NCBI GenBank assembly: GCA_030390025.1
Contig: CM059432.1
Coordinates: forward strand, 49,230,001-49,294,000
Origin: Squalus acanthias
Lineage: Eukaryota
Length of the DNA stretch: 64,000 nucleotides
Reading direction: 5' to 3'
The notes under the pieces are model-generated. The model made no database searches, was not told the origin of the DNA, and worked only from the letters and a program-made list of their open reading frames with translations. Both the position numbers and the translations under genes were made by a program. Within the stretch, counting starts at the first letter, position 1. Every line of letters starts with the position of its first letter. Shown in pieces: positions 23,831 to 36,184 of the stretch.

Positions 23831-25500
23831 TTCGAAGAGGAAGCCTTGAAGTCAGCAAAAAGTACTTCAGCATCTGCCACACCACTCTCTGTAGACTTTT
23901 GAAACTTGAAACAACTATGGAAAGCACCAAAAATGTGTAGAATTGTAGCAACAGCCAGAAGAAATAAGGCAACTAACCCGTAAGTAGTCGATGATCCCTT
24001 TAAATAGCTCTGGTGGGGGGTCCTTCATGCTGGTTAACACATGTTCAATTGTGCAATTTTAAGAGGGGGCATCGGCTGGAGCGTGGAGTTCCAAAATGAC
24101 AGTGCTGGTGTAAAATTAGCATTGCACGTTGATTGACATCATGATCTGCCTGCTCTGCCAACTTCCGGTGGATGTTAACTGTGTACGCCCTAACCCCTTT
24201 ATCAAGATGGCATCCACCGCGCTTTGTGTCAGTAGTGTGTGCGTGCGTGCGCCGCAGACACCATTTTGGAACACTCGTAGCACCCAAAAAATGGGCGCTA
24301 CCGAGTCCAATTTCACCCCCAAGCAATTTACGGTGCCTATCACCAGATATGCTGAAACATACCTGTAGTGCTTTCTACAAATACAGAAAATGTCATTGAT
24401 AGTATTTATGTCAATTTTTAGCATGCAAGGCTGAAAACAAATCTATCTGCATTTGTACTGTAATGCCAGGCAGCTCTCTCCTTTCACATCTGCTGGGTGG
24501 ATTAGAACAGAGGCATGTGCTGTTATTTCTAGCATTCAAAGAATGTCAGCACTCTCTACATAAACATCACCCCTCGGTCACCCATTTAATTCCGAGCATG
24601 CACCAATTACTCTGTGCGACACAGTTCACCGACATTTGATATTCCTAATAAAGCCAGTAGAGTGTCATCAGTATAAAGGTGCTTTTCCAGTAAATGTGAC
24701 TTCTTATTCTTATCTTTTGTCTTCTGCTATGTAGACCAAAACTGTGCTGTATTTTATGCATGCCAGAGGCATTTAAACAGTGCCATGCCATGTGTCTGTT
24801 GTTCAACCATCAGTCAGCAACTGATCCCTCACGGGGTACTGAAGATTATTCACTTAGGCTATGAAACTACAGTGTGCTCAATGAGCTTTTGCTTATGGCC
24901 TATTAACCGGTGCAAAGAAGTGTGGACGTTGGTAGTTTCATTAATGATCTGCAGCAATGCTTGAAGCACTGGGGACTGTATTCCAAAGGCTCAAAGTACA
25001 TGCATAAATCACTGTATACAAGGCTAAATTACCTTCTATCAAAATTCTGCCAGTGCTTCCTAGAAGCAAATAGTTAAAGAAAATGCTTACTGGTGGCTCT
25101 GATATCAGCAGATAAGCTGCTAGATTTATTTTCTACATCATTCCTACTTTATTATCTAAAAACAGCTGAAAATTAAGTCTGTGTTTAATTTTAGCTTTGA
25201 CACAAACAGCTTAGTTGTGAAAAAAAATTGCCAGAACCAATCCTGTTTGCAGTTCTGATCTGTGTGAGTGCGTGTGTGAGTGTGTGGAGGGGGAACAATA
25301 ACTTCAAAACATAATTATTTAAAATGCTGTTGATATGATAAAACATAAGTAAAGCTGGCTAGACCATTAACGAGAGAGACAAATAGATTTTGTGGGTTTT
25401 TTTGTTTTGTCTTTATTTGTCTCCAATTTTCTTCTTTCCTCGGCTAAGGAAGCTAGAGTTAGGGTTTCACAGCCCTCTGGTGACTAGCCCAAATAGCTCT

Positions 25501-25539
25501 GAGTTCTGACGAAGGGTCATCGACCTGAAACGTTAACTC
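25501..25539 (+). ncRNA. Minimal hammerhead ribozyme motif
   Basis: GAGUU-CUGACGA-a-GGGUC(auc)GACCU-GAAA-CG-UU^AACUC. 5-bp stem I, palindromic AACGUU. Confidence 0.75.
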
Positions 25540-25639
25540 TGTTTCTCTCTCCACAGATGCTGCCTGACCTGCTGAGTATTTCCAGCATTTTCTGTTTTTA
25601 TCTCAGATTGCCAGCATCCGCAGTATATTGCTTTTGTGT
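25505..25639 (+). mobile_element. Solo Penelope pLTR insertion
   Basis: Matches the terminus of the Penelope element at 59640-59776. 11-bp TSD TAGCTCTGAGT at 25494-25504 and 25640-25650. Confidence 0.85.
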
Positions 25640-26407
25640 TAGCTCTGAGTAAGCCCAGGCAGGGTGGTTAATGATGGTGGGCATTACAGTTGAGCACAAT
25701 CCTCGCCATACCCAAATTCCACAGCATGAACTTTCCAGCAAGGCTCATGAGTTTGCAATCAACAGTGGGATTTCTCCCCCTCCCTAATCCAGAGATTTTG
25801 AGGCGGCCAACTGTAGCATCCCAGCTATGATACGCGAACTCCGAAAAGGTCAGAGATTAAACCAAAAACTGGATACATGAATTCATCAGAGGATGCAAAC
25901 ATCAGATCATGATAAGCAGATGCATGCGGGGATCCCTCCAGGAAGCATGCTTTGCTCTTCACTGCATTTCATCTTTATCAGACACCTGTGTAGAAGAACA
26001 TTTTATCAACAGAATGAGGCCTATTTTACCATAGCTCAGCAATCTCCTGTTCCCTTTAATTTTGAAGACTAATTCATCCCATGCTGTTTACAGTAAAGCT
26101 TTGTCTCCTCAAGAAGCAGGAAGCTCTGTTTGCCTTCAAATGCTTGGTCTAATATCTGAAGACAAGGCTACAAAGCCAATCAAAAATTAAAGACAAGATT
26201 ATACTGCCAATCTACAGCTCTCTGGAGAAAGATAAGTCAAGTCTCTGATCTTGATAAATGTTAAGAAAATGGGCAACTTTACAGACTCTTGAGATAAACT
26301 GCTTTGAAGCTGCCATGATCTGAATAGAATGTCCTTTAAAAGCTCCTGCTGGAACTCTACCTTCTACATAGTGACAAATGGCAACAGATTATGTTAGACA
26401 TCTGACC

Positions 26408-28916
26408 TTTTTTTTATTCGTTCATGGGATGTGGGCGTTGCTGACAAGGCCAGCATTTATTGCCCATCCCTAATTGCCCTTGAGAAGGTAGTGGTGAGCT
26501 GCCGCCTTGACCTGCTGCAGTCCGTGTGGTGAAGATACTCCCACAGTGCTGTTAGGGAGGGAGTTCCAGGATTTTGACCCAGCGGCGATGAAGGAACAGC
26601 GATATATTTCCAAGTCAGGATGGTGTGTGACTTGGAGGGGAACTTGGAGGTGGTGGGGTTCCCATGCGTCTGCTGCCCTTGTCCTTCTAGGCAGTAGAGG
26701 TCGTGGGTTTGGGAGGTGCTGCCGAAGAAGCCTTGGCGAGTTGCTGCAGTGCATCTTGTAGATGGTACACACTGCAACCACGGTATGCCGGTGGTGGAGG
26801 GAGTGAATGTTTAAGGTGGTGGATGGGGTGCCAATCAAGCGGGCTGCTTTGTCTTGGATGCTGTCGAGCTTCTTGAGTGTTGTTGGAGCTGCACTCATCC
26901 AGGATAGTGGAGAATATTCCATCATACTCCTGACTTGTGTCTTGTAGATGGTGGAAAGGCTTTGGGGAGTCAGGAGGTGAGACGCTCGCCGCAGAATACC
27001 TGGCCTCTGACCTGCTCTTGTGGCCACAGTATTTATGTGGCTGGTCCAGTTAAGTTTCTCATCAATGGTGACCCCCAGGATGTTGATGGTGGGGGATTTG
27101 GCGATGGTAATGCCGTTGAATGTCAAGGGGCGGTGGTTAGACGCGCGTGTGTTGGAGATAGTCATTGCCTGGCACTGTGTGGCGCGAATGTTATCTGCCA
27201 CTTATCAGCCCAAGCCTGAATGTCATCCAGGTCTTGCTGCATGCGGGCATGGACTGCTTCATTATCTGAGGATTTGCGACTGGCACTGAACACTGTGCAG
27301 TCATCAGCGAATATCCCCACTCGTGACCTTATGATAGAGGGAAGGTCACTGATGAAGCAGCTGAAGATTTTTGGGCCTAGGACACTGCCCTGAGGAACTC
27401 TTGCAGCGATGTCCTGGGGCTGTGATGATTGACCTCCAACCACCATAACCACCTTTCTTTGTGCTAGGTATGACTCCAGCCAGTGGAGAGTTTTCCCTCC
27501 GATTCCCATTGACTTCAGTTTTACCATGGCTCCTTGATGCCACACTCGGTCAAATGCTGCCTTGATGTCAGGAGCAGTCACTCTCACCTCACCTCTGGAA
27601 TTCAGCTCTTTTGTCCATGTTTGGACCAAGGCTGTAATGAGGGCTGGAGCCGAGTGGTCCTGGCGGAACCCAAACTGGGCATCAGTGAACAAGTTATTGG
27701 TAAGTAAGTGCTGTTTGATAGCACTGTCGACGACACCTTCCATCACTTTGCTGATGATTAAGAGTAGACTGATGGGGTGGTAATTGGCCGGATTGGATTT
27801 GTCCTGCTTTTTGTGGACAGGACATATCTGGGCAGTTTTCCAATTGTTGGATAGATGCCAGTGTTATAGCTGTACTGGAACAGCTTGACTAGAGGCGCAG
27901 CTAGTTCTGGAGCACAAGTCTTCAGCACGACAACTGGGATGTTGTAGGGGCCCATAGCCTTTGCTGTATCCAGGGCGCTCAGCCGTTTCTTGATATCACG
28001 TGGAGTGAATCAAATTGGTTGAAGACTGGCTTCTGTGGTGGTGGGGATCTCAGGAGGAGGCCGATATGGATCATCCACTCGGCACTCCTGGCTGAAGATG
28101 GTTGCAAACGCTTCAGCTTTGTCTTTTGCACTCACGTGCTGGGCTCCACCATCATTGAGGATGGGGATATTTATGTAGTCTCCTCCTCCCGTTAGTTGTT
28201 TAATGGTCCACCACCATTCACGACTGGATGTGGCAGGACTGCAGAGCTTTGATCTGATTCATTGATTGTGGGATTGATTAGCTCTGTCTATAGCATGCTG
28301 CTTCCGCTTTTTAGCATGCCTGTAGTCCTGAGTTGCAGCTTCCCCAGGTTGGCACCTCATTTTTAGGTGCATCTGGTGCTGCTCCTGGCATGCTCTTCTA
28401 CACTCCTTATTGAACCAGGATTGGTCTCCTGGCTTGATGGTAATGGTAGAGTGAGGGATATGCCGGGCCGTGAGGTTACAGAGTGTGGTGGAACACAATT
28501 CTGCTGCTGCTGATGACCCACAGCGCCTCATGGATGCCCAGTTTTGAGCTGCTAGATCTGTTCTGAATCTATCCCATTTAGCACAGTAGGAGTGCCACAC
28601 ACACGATGGAGGGTGTCCTCAGTGCGAAGACGGGACTTCGTCTCCACAATGACTGTGCGGTGGTCACTGCTACCAATGCTGTCATGGACAGATGCATCTG
28701 TGACAGGTAGATTGGTGAGGACGAGGTCAAGTAGGTTTTTCCCTCGTGTTGGTTCTCTCACCACCTGTTGCAGGCCCAGACTGGCAGCTATGTCATTCAG
28801 GACTCGGCCAGCTCGGTCAGTAGTGGTGCTACCGAGCCACTCTTGGTGATAGACATTGAAGTCCCTCACCCAGAGTATATTCTGTGCCTTTACTAGTCTC
28901 AGTGCTTCTTCCAAGT
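26408..28916 (-). mobile_element. CR1-group LINE, partial endonuclease plus RT, 5'-truncated
   Basis: DFNVYHQEWL and PTRGKNLLDLVLTN (EN); VPQGSVLGP and FADD (RT). A-rich tail at 26408. Same family as 6083-7665. Confidence 0.92.
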
Positions 28917-29206
28917 AGTGTTGTTTTTGCTTATTAATGAAAACATCACACACAATCCCCATAGGAAACAAAAGAGGTGTTGAAATTTCTGTTAACTTGA
29001 CCTTAGTCTGAAAACAAAATGATCTAAAATATTAAAGCCTTTTGGAACTGAAATGAAATAAGGATAGATTTTGCAAGAGGATCAGGGAGGCCAGAGCACC
29101 ACCCTCTCTTTGACAATCTGAAGGTAGGGAGAATTTGCTCCGTATTGCTGTAACCCACTGGCTCTCTCTGACGGGGAGGTTGTTACCAGCAGACACTACC
29201 ACATAG

Positions 29207-29297
29207 TGAAACACAAACAGAAAATGCTGGAAACACTCAGCAGGTCAGGCAGCATCTGTGATAACTTGATGTTTCAGGTGCACACCCTTCATCAGAC
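29207..29297 (-). mobile_element. Degraded solo Penelope pLTR
   Basis: AACAGAAAATGCTGGAAACACTCAGCAGGTCAGGCAGCATCTGTG...TTTCAGGT..ACCCTTCATCAG (CUGAUGA...GAAA core on the minus strand). Confidence 0.75.
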
Positions 29298-29902
29298 TGC
29301 CCATGTAGACCAATTGTTTCAGCCTGCTGTGCACTTCCTGTCTACAAACCTTACTTCTTGTCACAATTTTTTGTTCATGCTTTTCTGCCATAATTTACCA
29401 CTGTAAACGGCTTTGTAACATTTCCATTCAATTTTGCTATGTCTGCATGTACTCTAAAGAAATAAGACTTAATTTCAGATTCTGCCACACAACCTAGATA
29501 ATCCTGAATCAGAAGAATCCAACACAGCATATGATCCTCTGAACAATTTTTGCATCAACAAGAAAATCTCTTCTGCTTGCTTCTGGTCTTACATCATCTT
29601 CTCACAAGTGATGGCCTTTTAAATCCCTGACTTTGGGTGGACTCTGGGTGTGTCTAGATCCCAATCTCTCCCTTTCATCAATGGAAGAAGGTGCCTATCT
29701 TTTGAGTAGGCAAAATGTTTACCTTCTCCAGCAATGTAAGAAGGTCTGTGAACAATAGCTACCAAGACAGCTCAGAAGACAATGTGAATTATTGATACTT
29801 CATTCCTCTTGGTATTCTGATAACCAAGGTAACCAGAGTTAATAGGGAATTGAATAGAGAAGCGCTCCTCACCAACTGTTGGTCTTGGGATACGTAGTTT
29901 TA

Positions 29903-30120
29903 CATAGCACTTACAGCACGGAAACAGCTCATTCGGCCCAACAGGTCCATGCCAGTGTTTATGCTCCACATGAGCCACCTCCCACCCTTTTTCATCTAAT
30001 CCCATCAACATATCCTTCTATTCCTTTCTCCCTCACGTGTTTATCTAGCTTCCAGTTAAGTGCATCTATGCTATTTACCTCAACTACTCCCTGTGGTAGC
30101 AAGTTCCACATTCTAACCAC
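29903..30120 (-). mobile_element. CR1 3' end (another subfamily)
   Basis: Minus strand GTTAGAATGTGGAACTTGCTACCACAGGGAGTAGTTGAGG and 3' UTR GGGCCGAATG...GTGCTGTAA. Confidence 0.75.
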
Positions 30121-30859
30121 ACATTTCACAAAATATAATGTAGTCCATTGCTGTGGAACAGATCGAAATGGTCAGAGTTCAATATGCATTATGATAATTC
30201 TTAGAGAGATTAAATCAGAGATGATTTGAACTACCCTGCAGATGTGGATAGGGACTGGGGATGGTGAACCAGCCTTGCTCAACTCTCAGTTCATAGTACT
30301 ATGAAGACTCTTTGAACTAATTCTCTGATGATTATAGAAACACTGAAAATACATTAACTGTTTTAATTAACCAACCGCACTATTGGTATGCAAAATTCAA
30401 GCAAGGAGACGACAAAATGAATTTCTTTGCAATAGAGCCAATAATATGTACCTGCCTTTCACCTTCAGAGTTTAAGATTATACTATGACCATCTGTGTTT
30501 TATATAGTACACATTATATTTCACTGAATATTGGTTGCTACCCTACAATTGGATGATACAAAACTAGTATTAAATTGTATCTTATGTGTAAATCAATATA
30601 TGTCAAATCTAGAAATTGAATATGTTTTCCTAATCTATTTACTATGCTTATTCAGGGATTTTTTTGCACTGAAAATAAAACCCTTGTAGTCACTACTTGA
30701 ATGGATGAAAATCTTATGAAAATATTGGCTCCGATATTAAATTTGAGACGCACTGGGAGCGGGGGGTACGACATCGCGTGGGAAACCCGGAAGTAATTTC
30801 AGCACATCTGTCTGTGGCATTTTAACGCAGGCACCTCATTAGAATTCCACTGGACTCAA

Positions 30860-32680
30860 GATGTTCAAAGGCTGTGCCCTGCTTTAATGACGCCTCCCTT
30901 GATGTACAGCTGGGGCCCGTGAGGAGTCGGAGAGAGGTACTCTTCCCCAGCAACAGGAGGAAGAAACCTGCTGCTGCTCCAACGAAGGCATGGTTGGAGC
31001 TGGCCCAGGAGGTCAGAAGCAAAAGCATTGCGCAACGCTCCTGGATTCAGCGCAAGAAGTGCTTTAATGACCTAACCTGGTCAGGGAAGGTGAGTACAAT
31101 TGCACATTCACCTACATCCTGTTGTGCGCATCACCGCCGTCACTATGCCTTGTCAAGCCAACTCCATCACATCACTCCTCACACCCACTTACCTTGCAAG
31201 CGTACCCATCCTTTTCTTTCTTTGCACTTCCTCACATCCCCATCTATCCATGCACCACTCCCACTGATCCTTATGCAATTTGATACCTCTGTCTGATCAT
31301 CACCCTCACCAAATGCACTGCATCCATCGGGTGAACACATGCCATTACAGTCACTCATAGGTCTGTTCTTTCCAACATTGCAGGAGTAGAGAGCACAGAA
31401 CACAAGGGAGAGGGAGAGAACCAGAGATGGTCCTCCACAGATTTCACAGCTGACAAGTTCAGAGGAGGAATAGCTGGAGATCAGTGGCGTCTCGGCGTCC
31501 CTGCGTCCCTGGCCATTGGAGATGGGGACCTCCCATCTACCTGGTGACACAATTAAATATCAGCAACCCACATGACATACAACACTGTCATGTTGACTTG
31601 ATTTCAGCAGCAAGTGAAATATTAATTATGCTACGTTGCAACATTCTTACCTTGCCAGTACTAATTCATATCTTTTCTCTCTTCCAGGGCCTTCACATGT
31701 ACAGCAGCAGTCAGTGGACCTCGCGGACGAAGAATTCTCAGAGGAGCTGATTCTTTCTGAGGGTGCCCCGTCACAGGAGTGATGTTTGACATGCACCAGC
31801 GCAGACACTCGCACTTCGGTGGGTCCAGTTAGACAGATAGTTGGGTTTTCACCTGGTGACTCACAGTTCACAAGTGAGCAAGAGCAGACACTGGTGGTAG
31901 GGTCAGCTGTCCCTCTGCGTCGGAGGGCACAGTCCTCTCCAAGCTCTACTGAGCTGGACACAGATGCCCCCGCGGGCCGTTGATGAAGAGGATAATCATT
32001 GGGGGCAGCAGAAAATCTACGATGAACTGACAGGCCTTCCATGTACATTATCTAGAATTTCAGAGCAAATGGAGAGTCCAACTCAAGCATGAATGGGTTG
32101 ATGTCGCAGGGCAGTGCGATGATGTCTTCTTCAAAGAACAGAGTGGCCAACTTCAGGGAACATCAATCGCGGCAATCAAAGGCATCCATGCAGGCCTTAA
32201 CCACGGCCGTGCAGACTCTGGATGCCAACTTGTCTGGTGCTTTAAATAGGATGGCAGTCACCCTAGCCTTGGGTTTACACCGCCCCATTGATCTACACGA
32301 AGCTGCTCTCCAGCAGAATAGTAGGAGTGAAGTTTGGCTGACCCATGAGAGAGATGATTGTGAAAAGGGACATGGAAGTCGTGACTCCACTCATAGCACT
32401 TCCACTTCTCACCCGTTGCCCCGCCCCCTCAGTCAGTACCCGACATCCTGCCTCCTCTCCTGATGGCTGAGTCTGCCCCTGCACAGGTGCAGGTGGAGCA
32501 GTTTTTGGTGGGGCTCTCACGGGCTCCGAACCCCAGAGGATGTTGGCCAAGTGCAACTCCGCAATCACAGCAGGGTTCTGAGCAGCCTGCGTCTACCTCT
32601 GCTCAAGCCACAGGGGTTACACCGCGCGGGGGCGGTAGGAAAAGGAGTAAAGAACAAAGCTTTGTAGTTGTACAAGGGTG
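30860..32680 (+). pseudogene. Harbinger Myb/SANT-like gene (spliced)
   Basis: PCFNDASLDV..VRSRREVLFP..AWLELAQEV..RSWIQRKKCFNDLTWSGK followed by GTGAGT (donor 31090). Acceptor TTGCAG before 31384. Confidence 0.8.
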
Positions 32681-33045
32681 TTTGAGAAAATATTATGTTG
32701 TTAAGTTTCCGTTCTTTAGTAGAATCACATAAAATTTATTACTTTACACCATTTTCCCGTGCTGCCCATTCTTGGTTGCTGGGTGGCAATTCGACTTTTC
32801 AGTTGTTTGTTGATGAATGGGAAGACATGAATTGACAGGGATGAATGGGGGGATGTACAATGGGTGGTTGGTTGGGAGCAGGATTGCTTTCTTTCAGTGG
32901 AATTGGGGGAGTGGATGAGTGTGGCAGTTTGATGTGGTTGTTACATGTTTCCAGTAGTGGTAACTAACTGAATCATACAGCTATAAGGGAATCCCTAGCA
33001 TCCCAGGTAGGTGCTGCATTGGGGTCACCATCTTCCTACTGACCT

Positions 33046-33412
33046 CGGGTGACTGTCTGTGTGGAGTTTGCACATTCTCCCCGTGTCTGCGTGGGTTTCC
33101 TCCGGGTGCTCCGGTTTCCTCCCACAGTCCAAAAATGTGTGGGTTAGGTTGATTTGGCTATGATAAATTGACCCTTAGTGTTAGGGGGAATTAAATATGT
33201 GGGGTTATGGGGATAGGATGGGATATGTTAGGGGGAATTAAATACGTGGGGTTACGGGGGTAGGGTGGGATATGTGTACTGTGGGGATTAAAGCAGCGAC
33301 AGGGTACTGGATTTGGATGATCAGCCATGATCGTATTGAATGGCGGAGCAGGCTCGAAGGGCCGAATGGCCTACTCCTGCTCCTAGATTCTATGTTTCTA
33401 TGTTTCTATGTT
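33046..33412 (+). mobile_element. V-SINE (HE1-like), 5'-truncated
   Basis: V domain GTGTGGAGTTTGCACATTCTCCCCGTGTCTGCGTGGGTTTCCTCCGGGTGCTCCGGTTTCCTCCCACA. CR1-type 3' tail with (GTTTCTAT)n. Confidence 0.9.
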
Positions 33413-34060
33413 TACTCCTCCTCCTCTGAATCGTCCGCAGACGATGTGCCTTGTACCTCCTGCATCTCCAGTCCTTGCTGCTGTGTAATGTTGTGCAGAG
33501 CGCAGCACACCACGATGTGGAGACCCTGGCTGGTACGTACTGAAAAACGCCTCCTGATCTGTCCAGGCACCTGTAGTGCATCTTGAGCGTGCCAATCACT
33601 TGCTCAATGACACATCTGGTTGTCATACAGCTTTCGTTGTACTGCTCTTGGGCTTCATTGGTTGGGTTTCTCACAGGAGTCACCAGCCAAGTTTGAAGAG
33701 GGTATCCTTTGAGGGATCCTGGATATGTCTCTGGCAGAGACCTGGAAGGATCCGGAGGCAAAAATGTTGAGCACTGTGGTCACTTTCACAGCCATTGGTA
33801 ATGCATGGCCACCAGGTCCAGCAGAGAGCAGGTTTTCTAGGAGGCTGCAGATGACTGCTGCCACCTGATGCACTAACCTCAGCCTTCGGAAGCACTGCTC
33901 TTCCAAGAGCTCTAGAAGCTCCGCCTCTGCCTGTACACCGTTACGTGGGTAATGCCTCCTGCAAGCTCGACCCTCTGCTGCTCACCATCTGCAGGTCGCT
34001 CCACAGCAGGCTATTGCTGCTGCTGATGGTCATCTTGCTCCTTGTCCAAGGTCCAATCTA
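33413..34060 (-). pseudogene. HARBI1-type transposase, internally deleted
   Basis: EEQCFRRLRL; ALPMAVKVTTVLNIFASGSFQ; KGYPLQTWLVTP; TTRCVIEQVIGTLK. Confidence 0.85.
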
Positions 34061-34216
34061 AGGCAGCAAAGGCACCACCCATCCTGATCTTGAGTCTGAA
34101 TACCACCAAAGTGCAGAAACTAACCTCTCACCACAAGTATTGTGAACAAACCCTTTCCTAGTGGTAGGTAAGAAAGCAGCTGTGAGCACCGAGTCCTTAT
34201 TACAGTATTCTTCTGG

Positions 34217-36184
34217 TTCTTCCTCCTCTTCCTTCTTGACTTGACGCAGCCTTTGACACGGTTGACCACTCCATCCTCCTCCAACGCCTCTCCACCGTCG
34301 TCCAGCTGGGTGGGACTGCACTTGCCTGGTTCCATTCTTGTCTATCTAATCATAGCCAGAGAATCACCTGCAACGGCTTCTCTTCCCGCTCCCGCATCGT
34401 TACCTCTGGTGTCCCCCAAGGATCTATCCTTGGCCCCCTCCTATTTCTCATCTACATGTTGCCCCTTAGCAACATCATCCAAAAACACAGTATCAGTTTC
34501 CACATGTACGCTGACAACACCCAGCTCTACCTCACCACCACTTCTCTCGACTCCTCCACGGTCTCTAAATTGTCAGACTGCTTGTCCGACATCCAGTTCT
34601 GGATGAGCAAAAATGTTCTCAAATGAAATATTGGGAAGACCGGAGCCATTGTTTTCGGTCTCCGCCATAAACTCCGTTCCCTAGCCACTGACTCCATCCC
34701 TCTCCCTAACATCTGTCTGAGGCTGAACCACACTGTTCGCAACCTTATATTTGACCCTGAAATGAGCTTTCGACCACATATCCGCGGCAGAACTAAGACC
34801 GCCTACTTTCCACCTCCGTAACATCGCCCGTCTCCCCCTTGCCTCAGCTCATCCGCTGCTGAAACCCTCATCCATGCCTTTGTTACCTTAGACTTGACTA
34901 TTCCAACGCACTCCTGGCTGGCCTCCCACATTCTACCCTACGTAAACTTGAGGTCATCCAAAACGCGGCCGACCATGTCCTAACTCGCACCAAGTCCAGT
35001 TCACCCATCACCTCTGTGCTCGCTGACCTACATTGGCTCCCGGTGAAGCAACGCCTGGATTTCAAAGGCCTAAAAATTCAGTTGCTTTGCGCCTCCCGTT
35101 AGTGCCCTAAGAGGGCGCTAACGGGATGCAAAGCAACTAGCGCCCGGGCGCGGTGCCGCCAATGCCTCCCGCAAAATTCAGCGGGAGGTTGGCGGCAGCA
35201 GTAACCGTTCGCGACCAGTGGTGCTGCGCCGCCGGTGATGACGTCGTTGCCGTGCGCAGCGTCCCACTTGTGCCCTAGCCGCGATGTTCGGTAGCGCCCC
35301 CTGACTTACTGCCGGACGCTATGTCCGACGGGGTCAGGGGGGGCCTACTTGCAGCCAGGGCGGTGCTAATTAAAGGGAAAGTGCCGGGCGGCCATTTTTG
35401 TTGCAGACCGCCTGCCAGCACCTGCCACCTCTGCCGTCCCCGGCCTCCTCTAAAGCCCCCCCCCCCCGCGGAGTGCCGGCTGCGCTCCGTGAGCCCGGCA
35501 CTTCTCTTGAGTACCGGGCTCTTTTGCCGGCACTCCGATCCCTGGTGGCCCAGGGTCGCGCTGCGCTAGGCCCCTCCCCTTTAAGAAGGGGAGGAAGGCC
35601 TGCAGTACCGCGGCGCGACGTGCACATGTCGCGCCGTGATATTCACTCACAGCGCCCCAAGAGGGAGGCAGGGCGCTTCCAGTAGCACCCCGCTTCCCTC
35701 TTGGGGCGCTACCGATGAATTTCGGCCACGGGGGCACTAATTTTTTCGGGGCGCTCAAAGTAGCACCCGACGAAGTTAGCGCCCCAAAGGGGGCGCGACT
35801 CAATTTTTCCCCAAAATTCTCATCCTTATTTTCAAATCCCTCCATGGCCTCACCCCTCCCTATCTCTGTAATCTCCTTCAGCCCCACAACCCCCCTGAGA
35901 TATCTGCGCTCTGATTATAATCGCTCAACCATTGGTGGCCTTGCTTTCCGTTGCCTGGGCCCCAAGCTCTGGAATTCCCTGCTTAAACCTCTCCGCCTCG
36001 CTACCTCTCTTTCCTGCTTTAAGACGCTCCTTAATACCTACCTCTTTGACCAAGCTTTTGGTCACCTGCCCCAATTTCTCCTTATGTGGCTCGGTGTCAA
36101 ATTATTTGTCTTATAATACTGCTGTGAAGCGCTGTGGGACATTTTACAAGTTAAAGGGGCTGTATAAATACAAGTTGTTTTTGT
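34217..36184 (+). mobile_element. L2 LINE (RT to 3' end), split by a MITE
   Basis: LLDL/AAFDTVDH, GVPQGSILGP, YADN. 3' end TATAAATACAAGTTGTT. Homologous to 14385-15230. Confidence 0.9.
35067..35812. mobile_element. CpG-rich Harbinger-type MITE
   Basis: Interrupts L2 sequence GATTTCAAAATTCTC (intact at about 14891) with an AAA duplication. Ends GGCCTAAAAATT / AATTTTTCCCC. Confidence 0.9.

Larger units (their letters stand above)
20732..24320. mobile_element. Harbinger DNA transposon A, full-length architecture, decayed
   Basis: TIR GGGGGCTAAATTGGA / TCCAATTTCACCCCC, flanks GAG/AAG. Convergent Myb/SANT (+) and transposase (-) genes. Confidence 0.9.
25430..25870 (-). mobile_element. Old tRNA-derived SINE split by a Penelope pLTR
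   Basis: Family motifs on both sides of 25505-25639. Confidence 0.4.
30727..34215. mobile_element. Harbinger transposon B, decayed (right end may lie at ~36465 beyond the L2)
   Basis: Left end GGCTCCGATATTAA. Convergent Myb/SANT (+) and transposase (-) remnants. Confidence 0.8.

Noticed and set aside
35321..35887. CpG-island promoter or GC-rich ORFs
   Set aside because: The GC-rich tract lies within a TSD-flanked MITE inside an L2.
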